Assembly (NCBI RefSeq): GCF_006345805.1
Contig: NC_042999.1
Coordinates: 162,254,001 to 162,318,000 of the forward strand
From: Octopus sinensis
Lineage: Eukaryota
Reading direction: 5' to 3'
Length of the DNA: 64,000 nucleotides
The notes under the pieces are model-generated. The model was not told the DNA's origin and made no database searches. It saw only the letters and a list, made by a program, of their open reading frames with translations. A program made the position numbers and the translations under genes. Below are positions 10,252 to 22,388 of this stretch, piece after piece; the first letter of the stretch is position 1, and each line of letters starts with the position of its first letter.

Positions 10252-10844
10252 TGGGATCAATTAGGTACCAGACAAGGATTCTGGATTATTTTTCCGGTTT
10301 TTTAAAGCTTAATTTTTGAGAAAGGTCGGGTTCATTTTTAGTATTCTTGTTTATGAGAGCAGTCGAGTTTATTTCAGATATTCTCATTTTAAAAATCACT
10401 AGCAGTATCGCCCGGCGTTGCTCGGGTTTGTAAGGGAAATAACTATATAAGCATTTTTAGAGATGTAAAGTATAATAGCCATCTCAATATGGCTAACCAC
10501 AAAGGGGGGGGGGTTACTGTAGCTTTTTACGTTCTGAGATTTAAAATACGTTTTTAGAGAGTTACTTCCCTTATATAATAGCAAAAGATGCATTAAAAAT
10601 GGGAAAAAATGATGGTAAATTCTTTTTAAAATCGTAGACTCGGGCTAATACCCAGAGGGGCTTGATATGAATCACGACTATAAGATACCCGGTTTTGGTT
10701 AAACTGCACCGCAAAATGTGGGAGTAGTTAGGAATCTAAATCGTAGGAGACAGACACACAACTTCACTTTTATATATAAAGATTTCCGGTTAATCGTTGA
10801 GAGGACATGGATGTTGCCTTGGTGGAGGTTTGCGCTGAGTGCTC
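10252..10844 (+). mobile_element. HINE/Helentron-like element, 3' part, interrupted by a Helitron
   Basis: Ends GCCTTGGTGGAGGTTTGCGCTGAGTGCTC, resembling a HINE 3' subTIR and stem-loop. Confidence 0.55.
10399..10782 (-). mobile_element. Non-autonomous Helitron family H1
   Basis: Minus strand A|TCTTTATATATAAAAG...CCCGAGCAACGCCGGG-CGATACTG-CTAG|T with a 3' hairpin and no TSD. Four copies in the window. Confidence 0.88.
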
Positions 10845-11789
10845 ATTATAATTATGATGCTATAAATCTTATATGAAAATAAAGTTATAATACAATGAAT
10901 ATTTTAACAAAGTTTAAGAAAGTTAATGGAAATTTAAAAATCGGTATTTCTAATGTGCAGTGAGGTTACGGAATTATAGTCAAGACACGTTTGAGCTGGA
11001 CTCAACATTTTGTTGGGTCAAGTAGTGCTTGACCAGTATGTATAAATAAATGACTAATCTCCTACTTTCCCTTCCTAAAATTGCTGGCCTTGTGCAACAA
11101 TTTGAAACTTTGTTTTAAGTAAGGCGAGGGGGCGGGGGGGGGGGGGGGTTCAAAATCATCAAATGTCAGGAAATGCCTTGCAGTATTCATTCTGTTTCTT
11201 AAAATAAAGTCCCAGTCAAGATGATGAAATATAAAAAAAAAGCAATGAAATAGCAGGGACCAATTTCACCATCTAATCCCCTACCGCCACTATAACTGGG
11301 CTTTACGCCTAAATTAGAAAACACTTATTACGGCAGGGGGATTGGTAGAATCATGTGTTGGACAAAATACGTTGCGGATCTTTACAATCCAAGTTTAAAA
11401 CCTGCTGAGTCAACTTTACCTTTCATCTATTCAGGGTCAGTGAAATAATGAAGTGGGGTCGATGTAACTAACAAGCCTTCCCCTTTTAATATAACAGGTC
11501 TTAGAAACAGTTAATAGTTTAGTGATGTGAAATCAATTTTGGGCAAATGCTTAAAAAGCTCACTCTGTGTTCAGTCCTAGTGTGTGTGTCACATTGGGTA
11601 TTTTCTATTGTGGCCACTGGTCAACCCAAATATCATTGAATAGACAATGGAAGTTCATCTGATGGTCTTTGTATCATGTGGCTGCTGGCTGGACAATGGA
11701 TAGTTTTATTAGTGTCCCCTATGTTGCATGTAACCAGACATGGTATCAGGTCAAAGGAGAATAATATTGTCTTCTTTCGTATCCTTCAC

Positions 11790-11990
11790 GGATCTTTTCC
11801 CTTTGAACGGCAGATCGAGAAATTAATTTTTTGTAATTAAACATTTTCAAACTTCAGACACTGGTAGAATGTGTCATATAAAACATCTTTTACTCTTAGT
11901 GTTGTTGGGAAAAGTTTATATTTTCAAAGTTATTTCGTGTTAAAGTTGTCGTATTTCGGTAATTTCAACCAATCAATGACGTGTATTGCA
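11790..11990 (-). mobile_element. GGATC-terminated MITE, partial
   Basis: GGATCTTTTCCCTTTGAACGGCAG terminus plus shared internal sequence. Confidence 0.75.
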
Positions 11991-12359
11991 TTTGTATACT
12001 GTTCACAGATGCTGACATTTTTTGTTTTCTGTGAATTTTTCACGGGTCCAGCTAGTATTATTATTATGCTATGAAACTTAACATAAAGTATTTGCAATTT
12101 TGACCAAATTTAAGAAAGTTAATGGATATTAACAAAATTGAAAAAAATCGATTTTCTTATGCGCTGCGAGGTTACGGCTTGTTTGAACTCGACCCAACAT
12201 TTTGTTGAGTCGATCACATTTAGTATTTGATTAATTAAGACAAATTAACATTTCTTTATATACCTTTATTAAACAACTGCAGATAAATTTCAAAATGTCT
12301 GACATTTATCGCACTTCACAATAAAAATCATAGCGCACCACCTCATCCACATTTATATT

Positions 12360-12880
12360 TCAGTCTACATTTTATCTGTGCCCTGCCTCTATGTCCCACT
12401 AATGGGATCTACGAAATTACGGGAATGGTTGATGGCATGGAGATATCTCAGTTTCTAAAGACTGTTACAACTGGGCTACATATCTGTGAAAATTGTTGAA
12501 CTTGCTTCCACATTTTTAATGATAGCCATTTCTAGTTTTTCTACCTTCCTATTAGAAACAAGTTGCAAGTAACCTTTTTACTGGATATTGTCAAATCGAA
12601 TAACCTGAAACTTTTCGCAATTCTGCCAACTTTACAATATGTCAATAGGGCCACCTAATTTTTTTTTAATCGCTGATCAACTTCTGCACATATTTCTCTC
12701 ACCATTATTCATATCACTGAATGGCTGTCCTTACTAATACTGCTTATATACAAGCAACTGGTCATTGGCATTTCACAAAAACAAAAATGTAAATACCATC
12801 AACTGATGTCTTTCTATTAAAGGTATTTCTGATTGATACAGCTTTTTACAGTCGCAACAATACCAAACTCCGTCCATTGC
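12360..12880 (-). pseudogene. Merlin/IS1595 (ISXO2-like) transposase remnant
   Basis: Minus-strand fragments DGVWYCCDCKK, VREICAEV..KLGGP, LVSNRKVEKLEMAIIKNVEASSTIFTD and YLHAINHSRNFVDPISG match the Merlin motif order as I recall it. Heavily frameshifted. Confidence 0.7.
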
Positions 12881-14182
12881 ATGCTTGAACGGCTGTATTG
12901 TTATCTGGTAACAGTAAACACATTTTTCTTTTAATTTGTTTTCTTTCAAACATTAGAAAAAAAGAATCTCCTTGCAATTGATTCCACAAATCAATTCTTG
13001 GAGAATACATTTTGAAGATAAATTATGAAATAATAATAAAACGTGTTGCTTGTAACTTTCAGGTGAAATATGTACTTCCAAATCCCAATTCAATTGTGAT
13101 ACTCTCAATAGGAGTGGTATCAGAATCAATCTTTTCTTAACAATGTCTTTCTTCGAATTTTCCCGCCAATACTATTCACTTGATTGTCTATTGAGAATAT
13201 GTTAAAATAATTTTAGTACAGACATATTGCTTTATCTTACAATCAAGTTATGATTTAAATGTATTTTAGGGCGAATTACAAGACATTTTAAACAACACTT
13301 TGCTGGCATTTATCCAGTGATTTAAAAAAAAAGGTATGTAAAAAAATAATCTGTTTTAACAGCATACTTCTCTGTTAGTAAATTTAGGATCTTTTTACCT
13401 AACGCATGAATGGACTCACTCGGTGTGTATCAAATAAAAATGTGTTCATATGTGAAATTAAAACTCAACTTTTTCAATTTTTATTTTGAAATGAAAAAGA
13501 AACAAACAGCAAGAAAAAAACATTGATTAAAAGAAATTTTTTTATGGAAAGAAGTTCAAATTTGGAAAGTTTATGGGGAGTGGTGTTAAAAATTTCAATT
13601 ACAAAAATTTCTTTCTTGCAAAATTGTACAAGATACAGTTTGTAAAACACAAAATCCAAAAACATTTACAAAAAATATCCAAAAAAGAAGTTATGACCGT
13701 TTACATGGTGTGCTTCAATCAGTCTAATGACTGTGCATGCACGAATTTCTTTAGATTTTTCGATTTGGACTTCAAAAATTATTGGAAATTAAAAACAGGA
13801 ACAAATGGCAGATTCTGACTCTCCACATTTTAAAATATAGATTAACAAATAGAAGAGAAAGTCGAAATTTGAGAATTTCAGGAGTGGGAAACAAAAAAAA
13901 TGAAACTTGAAATTTGTGATTTGAATCAGTTTTTATCTATGCGTGCACACCATTTTTTGGTTTTTTTTTATTTATTTATCCCAGATCCAATTCCGATATA
14001 ATTGTAATCTTACATATTTTGAGTCTCAGAAATGCCATTATTTTCGTTACTATCCGCGAAAAATTTTTATCCAATCAGAATTTGAAAGCACTCGTTGTCA
14101 ACTGTAAACACACATGTCTAAGTGGAAGAGGTAAACGGATCACAAGTTCTGATTCTTATATAGCTATGTAATTTATGTATAA

Positions 14183-14583
14183 TCTTTATATATAAAAGTG
14201 AGGTTGTGTGCTGTCTGTCTCCTACGATTTAGATTCCTAACTACTCCCACATTTTGCGGTGCAGTTTAACCAAAACCGAATATCTTATAGTCGTGATTCA
14301 TATTGAGCCCTTCTGGGTATTAGCGCGCGTCTATGATGAGTCTACGATTTAAAAAAAAAATTACCATCAATTTTTTCCATTTTAATGCATTTTTTCGCTA
14401 TTATATAAGGGAAGTAACTCTCTAAAAATGTCTACGATGAGTCAACGATTTTTTAAAAAATTTACCATCATTTTTTCCCCATTTTTAATGCATTTTTTTG
14501 CTATTTTTTGGTTATAACTCTCAAAAAATACTTATATAGTTATTTTCCTTACAAATCCAAGCAACGCCGGGCGATACTCCTAG
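14183..14583 (+). mobile_element. Helitron family H1 copy
   Basis: A|TC...CTAG|T with the same subterminal hairpin. Has an internal duplication of about 100 bp. Confidence 0.88.
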
Positions 14584-15243
14584 TATATATTAAAAAGATA
14601 AATTTAACACATTAAAATAATGCGTAACATGTTCATTAACGCCGCCCACGCACGATAACAAAAACAGTGTTGCATTTTATGTGCAAGTTATGGATGTGTG
14701 TGAATGCGGCTAGGGTTCTTACCCGCTTCATTTGTATATGTAAAATCCGTGTGTGAATGAATACAAATACATAAAACAGAACACGCTCGCACACACAGAC
14801 CTACACCCATCAGCTTCTCTTCGACACGTCAAAAGTAAATAAATAAAACTTTTCACGGAAACTAACGAACGGATGACAAGTGGCGAATGGCATTTCTGAG
14901 ACTCAAAACGATTGCCCTAAAAGTTATTTGTAGTTTTCACCCAAAAAAAATATATATACCAATTTTACTGAAAGTTATGAGGAAACAAAGCCGGCTCGTG
15001 CGGATTTTCCGAAATTTCTCTTCTTCGGAAAGAGTTTTCCACAGAAAAATACCGGTATAATTGGATTCTACAGCGTATGAAATATGTTTGTAGAAATGTT
15101 CATTAGAATATATCGATTTTTGTGAAAGTTATGAAGTGGGGAAACACTTCTGTAGGCATGCTCCGAAAGCCGCCCATTGCATATTAAAATATGTAAGAAT
15201 GGTGAGGAAATTATAAATCCCACAGTTCTAAGCAAAAGAAATT

Positions 15244-16240
15244 GGATCTTTTCGGTTCGAACGGCAGTTTTTTCTAGCGGTGTCATATGAAATTGTCACC
15301 CATAATTATGACCCTAGTATCGATCTATTGCATTTCAATCTGTTTTAGGGTTAGGGGCAGGGTATCTTTTTTTCTTCACAAATATAAATAAACCCAATCT
15401 GTTTCTTAAACGAGGGACATATTCATACGGCATAGAATGTTTTTTTGGCACTGTCATGCTTTTAGTTGTCAGAAGTGAAAGTAGTCAACTTCGTGTATTT
15501 ACGTCAAGTTTATACCTTCGTTTATTTACGTACCACCGCGCTGTTATATGTACATAATTAAACTATTGACCGCCTTAAAACGGATTTCAACAGACAAATA
15601 TTACTATAATGGATAATATAAGCATATAACTACTTATACACACATACAATAAATACAGACACACACACATTAGTCAGACATATAGCCACATATACACACA
15701 CACACACACACACGTGTGTATGATTGTTTTATGTGATCGGGGTTGGTGGTGGTCATTTGTGCAGATTTGGTGTGATTTCTTTTTTAAAAACAATAATGAA
15801 TAATGCAAGAATATATTTATTTATAAAGTTTAAACAGAACATGGAATGAAATGTATTTATTTATAAACTTTAAACTGAACTTCAATTGTTTTATAAACCA
15901 CGCTGTTAGGGTGGTACGTAAATAAACGGCGTAAATTAACGGCGTAAATTAACGAAGGTATAAACCTGACGTAAATACACGAAGTTGACTACTTTCACTT
16001 CTGACAACTAAAAGCATGACAGTGCCGTTTTTTTTTTTACCTCAATGGACGTCATTGATTGGTTGAAATTGCAGAAATGGAAGAAAAAAAACAACAAATA
16101 TCTTACAAACTATAGAATTTTCTCAATAAAGCCAAGAGAAAAAGATGTTTTATAAACACATTCTACCAGTATACGAAGTTTAAAATTTTTTAGTTACGTG
16201 GAAATTATGTTAAAAACTGCCGTTCAAACCGAAAAGATCC
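15244..16240 (+). mobile_element. GGATC-terminated MITE with both TIRs, carrying a nested element
   Basis: TIRs GGATCTTTTCGGTTCGAACGGCAGTTTTT and AAAAACTGCCGTTCAAACCGAAAAGATCC (29 bp, 1 mismatch). Confidence 0.85.
15447..16026. mobile_element. 580-bp MITE with TIRs of about 85 bp, nested in the GGATC MITE
   Basis: GGCACTGTCATGCTTTTAG... and ...CTAAAAGCATGACAGTGCC are near-perfect inverted ends. GTTTTTTT (8 bp, within poly-T) flanks both sides. Confidence 0.88.
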
Positions 16241-16767
16241 GAAAAATTCTACCAAGATTTGAATGGTAGACATCCTGTATGTAGACTAAGGAGTAAATTC
16301 ACTGAGTAGTAAGAAGAAAAATTGAGAATTAGTGCTTGATAGACTTACAATTTTCTAAAGAAATTTTCCTGACTTCGTCCACATTTTTTTCTGAATGTTA
16401 TGAAGAAATAAAAGTATGTGGGGTGCACACTTACTGGTATACGAAAAATTTCAGAAAAAATACTCTTTAGTTGTCTGCTTTCGAAAGACTATGAAATATA
16501 TTATGAGTATTCAATAAAGCCAAAAGAAAAAGATGTTTTATAAACACATTCTACCAGTATACGAAAACATTTTTTAGTTACCTAGAAATTGTTAAAAACT
16601 GCCGTTCAAACCGAAAAGATCCGAAAAATTCTACCAAGATTTGAATGGTAGACATCCTGTATGTAGACTAAGGAGTAAATTCACTGAGTAGTAAAGAAGA
16701 AAAATTGAGAATTAGTGCTTGATAGACTTACAATTTTCGAAAGACTATGAAATATATTATGAGTATT
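16123..16767. repeat. Tandem duplication (period 388 bp) with an internal deletion in the second copy
   Basis: MITE end plus 115 bp of flank occurs at 16123-16355 and 16511-16738. The 30-bp segment CGAAAGACTATG...GAGTATT is also repeated. Confidence 0.8.
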
Positions 16768-17227
16768 ATACTTTCTCAGTTACAGATTTAGTTAAACTTA
16801 TTTCTTAAGATAGGTTTGAAACTAGCCATAGTGAAAGACGTGTGGATTTAAAAATTGAAGATGGCTTATGGACAATAAATGACATATACACTAAGTACAC
16901 TGCTTCACTATGATGTAGAAATTCAGAAGTTCTTTGGTTTTCTTTTTTGCATATCAGTGTGTAAAGAAATAGAAAAGAATCTTACTGTTTTAATAATACT
17001 TTAGCAATTTGATTATTTCTTTAAATTTCTTTCATCCCAGCATATTATTTTTCCTTCTGTTTATTTGTTGATTTTGTGTTCTTGTAACATTTGTTTACAA
17101 AAGTTGCTAAGAACGCAGCTGTAGTCAACTTAGTTGATGTCTTCAGCTGAGCTAAATCATTCTGAGACGCCAAGGTATCATTTGGTTGCCCAATATACGA
17201 TAGATATAATATGTATATTATAAGATA

Positions 17228-17587
17228 CTAGCAGTATCGCCCGGCGTTGCTCGGGTTTGTAAGGGAAATAACTATATAAGCATTTTTAGAGATGTAAAGT
17301 ATAATAGCCATCTCAATATGGCTAACCACAAAGGGGGGGGGGGTTACTGTAGCTTTTTACGTTCTGACATTTAATAATAAATTTTTAGAGAGTTACTTCT
17401 CTTATATATGCCAAAAATGCATTAAAATGGGAAAAATTGATGGTAAATAATACCCAGAAGGGCTCGATATGAATCACGACTATAAGATACCCGGTTTTGG
17501 TTACACTGCACAGCAAAATGTGGGAGTAGTTAGGAATCTAAATCGTAGGAGACAGACAGCACACAACCTCACTTTTATATATAAAGA
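17228..17587 (-). mobile_element. Helitron family H1 copy
   Basis: Same termini and hairpin as 10399-10782. Confidence 0.88.
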
Positions 17588-18117
17588 TAATATACATGGT
17601 TCGAGTCATGTGTCTGTTAATGTATACTTGAATTTTATTTTATAAAAATCTTGACAGACGAAGTCATCCATTAACCCACCGATAATTCCTGCACACACAC
17701 ATACATCTAAATTTTCTTTATTCCTTTGTTTTTGACAACGGACAATACGATATTGCTAAGATATGAAAAAAAATTCAAAATTTCAATTCCTCCCTTACTC
17801 CCAGTTTTCTAAAAAAAATTATGATTTTGAGGATATTGAATGTTTTAAAAATAAACAGAGCGACAGGACGCAGTATTGATTACCCAAAGGTAAACTATTC
17901 CCCACTTGTGGATTGTTGCGTTAGAATACTCATACTCCAATATTTACCAAGAGATAAAACTCATAGTTTTTCAGTGAATAAGCTGCTTCCGCCACAAGGA
18001 CTACCAGATCACGTGATTTCGGCCTCCCCCCAACCCCGAAAAATAATACATTTCTTGTAGCGAATATTCAATAACGAAAGTTTGTGATACTCAATTTTAT
18101 CAAACAGATTACAATTA

Positions 18118-18310
18118 GGATCTTTTCCTTTTGAACGGCAGTTTTTAACATAATTTCTAGGTAACTAAAAAGTTTTAAACTTCGTATACTGGTAGAATGT
18201 GTTTATAAAACATCTTTTTCTCTTGGCTTTATTGAGAAAATTCTATAGTTTGTAAGATATTTCGTCTGAAAATCCGAGCATTTCGGCAATTTTAACCAAT
18301 TAATTACCTC
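18118..18310 (-). mobile_element. GGATC-terminated MITE, partial
   Basis: Terminus and about 190 bp of internal sequence are shared with 16050-16240. Confidence 0.8.
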
Positions 18311-18827
18311 CATTGAAAATATTAGTTTGCAAATTGTGTTTGTTGCATGTTATTCTGTGTTCTGAATACTTTTATTTTAATAAATGTTGCTTACTGCAAG
18401 TTATGGATGATTTGTTTATGACTTCATTGCTTTCAGGCTTAGCTTAAGGTATTTTCGTGCCTGACATCACAAAATGCGTCTGAATAAACATTGCTGGACA
18501 GCAAATAGAGACTCGGACAATGCTTAGAAAATATTTTTCATTTTTAACCTCGTATATAGTATGCACCAGCAATTTTGGGGAAAAAATGCAGATTATACTC
18601 GAGGATTTACGGTATATGCATTAGAATGTATGTATATTTCAGAGTGTTATTTCATTCTTTGTGTTTCTTGCTATTTCCTTTGTATTATATTTACTGTACC
18701 TTTACATATTTCCTTTATGAGGAATCAAAAACTCTGTTATGCAGTTCATTCAGTACAATGTAGGATATGGTACCAATTGAAACTATTCTTTCAGAAGCAT
18801 TGTCATGTCCAATATCATAATTAAAGA

Positions 18828-18892
18828 CTAACACTTCTGAAACATTTTATTGTTACCTTTCAAATACGACATTTCATGTGAAACAACCTAAT
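18828..18892 (+). mobile_element. Isolated right end of the mariner family at 1-730
   Basis: About 65 bp nearly identical to 665-730, ending CAACCTAATA. Confidence 0.75.
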
Positions 18893-19559
18893 ACAATGAA
18901 TTGTATTGGACTATTGCCAGCTGTGATTGGAGGTTATGTTAACATAATTATCATCAAATTTAAATGGGAGCTGCAGTGTTGCTTTGGTTACAACCATCTA
19001 TGGTGCAAAGTTATACTATTATGGCTATAGCATACTGTTGAGAGAGGCTGTACTTTAACTTGGTAGTAACCAATTATAAATGGAATCTCAATTGTTACTG
19101 TAATCATAACCAACTGAAGATAGAGGCTGTATTACAATAATTATAACTATTTTAGGTGGAGCTGTAATTTTATAATTACAACCAGCTGGAGATTGTGTTA
19201 AATTATAATCAGCCAAAGGTTTCTGATGTATTACTATAGTTATAACCAACTGTAGATAAAGTCTATATTGCTTCAGTGGAAACAACTAGCCGTAAATGGA
19301 GCCTATATTGTACTTTCCCTTGATTGAAGGCTGTTAGATCATATGTGCCTCTTCATAATTCCATATATTGGTTACCAATTTTCTTAACCTTTTTTACTGT
19401 TATTTTCAATTGCTCATCTGTTTGTGTGTCACTGCATTCAGAAAGCTTTTCCAAGATGATTGCCAAAACAAAATGATTATATGCTTAAATAGAAAACATC
19501 TTACCAAATCAACTGATGTAGATAGGGCAGAATGGAATTCTCTGTTATGATGACAATGA

Positions 19560-19878
19560 CCTCCATGCTGTGGGCACGTAATAAACACCATCCGATCGTG
19601 GCTGTGCCAGCCTCGCCTTGCCTCCATGCCGGTGGCACGTAAAAAACATCATCCGAGCGTGGCCGTTCGCCAGCCTCATCTGGCACCTGTGTCGGTGGCA
19701 TATTAAAAGCACCCACTACACTCACGGAGTGGTTGGCGTTAGGAAGGGCATCCAGCTGTAGAAACTCTGCCAGATCTGACTGGCCTGGTGCAGCCTTCGG
19801 GCTTCCCAGACCCCAGTTGAACCGTCCAACCCATGCTAGCATGGAAAGCAGACGCTAAACGAAGATGATGATGATGAT
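19560..19878 (+). mobile_element. RTE-A 3' UTR fragment
   Basis: Homologous to the other RTE-A tails and ends in (GAT)n. Confidence 0.85.
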
Positions 19879-20999
19879 ATTAATGTATTAACTTGCTTTG
19901 CTTGTAATTTAAGTGTAACAAGAAATGATCACTTGAAACAATTGCAAAGCACTTTCCTATTTGCTGTTCTTTATTTTACACAATATAGGAGCAATTAGCT
20001 ATTTAGATGCAAGTGCTTAACATATCTTTCTGTCTCCCACATAGTTATTATGGTTGTCATTGTCATCATTATCCTTAATACTACTGCTGTCACCATCTCC
20101 ACTACCCAACCAGTACAGCCAAGTCATGATATGAATTCTAATATCTCATATCAACTCCACATGAATCTTAACTTTACAAATGTATAGATTCCACTTATCA
20201 CTTAATACTCAGTAAAATTAGACTGAACTCCGCCTCTGTTACTCAAGAACACAAGACTAGACTATTCTCTACAAACTTTAAGAAATAGCAAATTGCATCT
20301 TTCTCATCACTGGCACCTCAAAACCACGGACTTAGACTCACACCCAGGAACTGTCAATATAACAAAGAAGTAGTCCTGATCTACAGGAACCCTATCTTTT
20401 ATTAACTTCTAAATTACAGAGATGGTGATAGTTTGTCTGTTTAGCCCTCAGTCAGCTCTGATTGAACAGATTTAACATCAATAAATGTGTCAGCCATGAC
20501 CATCCTGCTATTTTTTTTTTTTTTTTGCAAGCATCATGTATCTGAAACTACATTATAAAAGATGTCCTTCCTTTTTTAAAAAGAAGATAGAATATGATTT
20601 GAAGAAAATTTTGTTAATATTTCTAGCAGAGCATGCAACTATACAGAAACACCTTTGTTGGTTCTCTATCTGTGGCTCTTTATAGTGACTGGTGATGGTA
20701 ATGGTTTTCAAATACTTCTCAATACACTCTTTCTGAAGCCAGGACACAGTTGCTGTTCTTGAATGTCATTTTAGGACAGTGGTCTTAAACTACCAAAAAG
20801 TGGTGAATAGCTAGTAATAATTCTTCAAATGTCTAAAAAAAACTCATTCCATGACTGTGTTAAGAAGTTTGTTTCACATCTATATAGCTCAATCTCACTA
20901 CACAGCACCTTGAGAAGATTTCTTCTTCCATAGTTTCAGGTTCACTAGATTGTGATTACAATTTGGGAGATAAAAATTATAGAAGCCCATTGTGAGTAT

Positions 21000-21403
21000 T
21001 CTCTTTTACTTATTTCAGTCATTTTGACTGCGGCCATGCTGGAGCACTGCCTTTAGTCAAACAAATCAACCCCGGGACTTATTCTTTGTAAGCCTAGTAC
21101 TTATTCTATCGGTCTCTTTTTGCCGAACCGCTAAGTGACGGGGACGTAAACACACCAGCATTGGTTGTCAAGCAATGCTAGGGGGACAAACACAGACACA
21201 CAAACACACACACATACATATAAATATATATATACATATATACGACAGGCTTCTTTCAGTTTCTGTCTACCAAATCCACTCACAAGGCATTGGTCGGCCC
21301 GGGGCTATAGCAGAAGACACTTGCCCAAGATGCCACGCAGTGGGACTGAACCCGGAACCATGTGGTTGGTTAGCAAGCTACTTACCACACAGACACTCCT
21401 GCA
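21000..21403 (-). mobile_element. SINE family A
   Basis: Reverse complement of 6921-7332. Confidence 0.92.
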
Positions 21404-21564
21404 CCTATATGTATATGTTTAACTTCTGTAATATGCATTGATGAGAAACCAAAATCAAGTGACACATGTTTACCTGTCTTGCCATTAGAAATACAGCGAA
21501 CCAATGATTTACCTGCTGGAAACTTATAACCAACAATGCTATTGTTCACAAATTGTGCTGATAA

Positions 21565-21942
21565 TCTTTATATATAAAAGTGAGGTTGTGTGCTGTCTGT
21601 CTCCTACGATCTAGATTCCTAACTACCACCACATTTTGCGGTGCAGTTTAACCAAAAGCGGGTATCTTATAGTCGTGATTCATATCGAGCCCTTCTGGGT
21701 ACTAGCGCACATCTACGATTTAAAAAAAATTTACCATCATTTTTAATGCATTTTTTTGCTATTATATAAGGGAAGTAACTCTCTAAAAATGTATTATTAA
21801 ATCTCAGAATGTAAAAAGCTACAGTAACCCCCCCCCCTTTTTGGTTAGCCATATTGAGATGGCTATTATACTTTACATCTCTAAAAATGCTTATATAGTT
21901 ATTTCCCTTACAAACCCGAGCAACGCTGGGCGATACTGCGAG
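21565..21942 (+). mobile_element. Helitron family H1 copy
   Basis: A|TC start; the 3' end is CGAG|T (CTAG variant) after the hairpin. Confidence 0.85.
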
Positions 21943-22164
21943 TAAATAAATAATTAAATATTCTGAATTCATACATGTAGCAAATAGGAAGGTGTATACA
22001 TCTCTTGAATTTGCTCAGTTGTCTAATAGGTATTGATTAAACTACCCACCTGTTATGACAGATGTGTCCAACTATCATGGAACAGCTACATTATTGTATG
22101 TTAATAGTCAGATTACCAGATAGGGATAATGTAAAACATTATTAGTATGACCCACAAATTGTCA

Positions 22165-22388
22165 TCTTCATGGACATTTAAACCGGCCATATCCGGCCAT
22201 AAGTATTCTGCCTGTTTTATGTTCAAACTGGCCAGATCTGGTCTCTCACACCAACCCTACAATATCATTTAAAAAATTAACAGCTACCTCTTCAAAATCT
22301 CAAAGCTACAAGATAATGCCTGATTAGTTCAAGGCAATGTGGATGAAAAAAACCTTAATTTTGGTAGAATAATGCGAACAGTAAAGGG
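22165..22388 (-). mobile_element. piggyBac-like MITE, decayed copy
   Basis: Reverse homolog of 25144-25362. One end is intact (AAAGGG|TTAA). Confidence 0.65.

Noticed and set aside
19020-19340. Structured repeat with functional periodicity
   Set aside because: Only a very degenerate minisatellite of about 35 bp, with no consistent unit or open frame.
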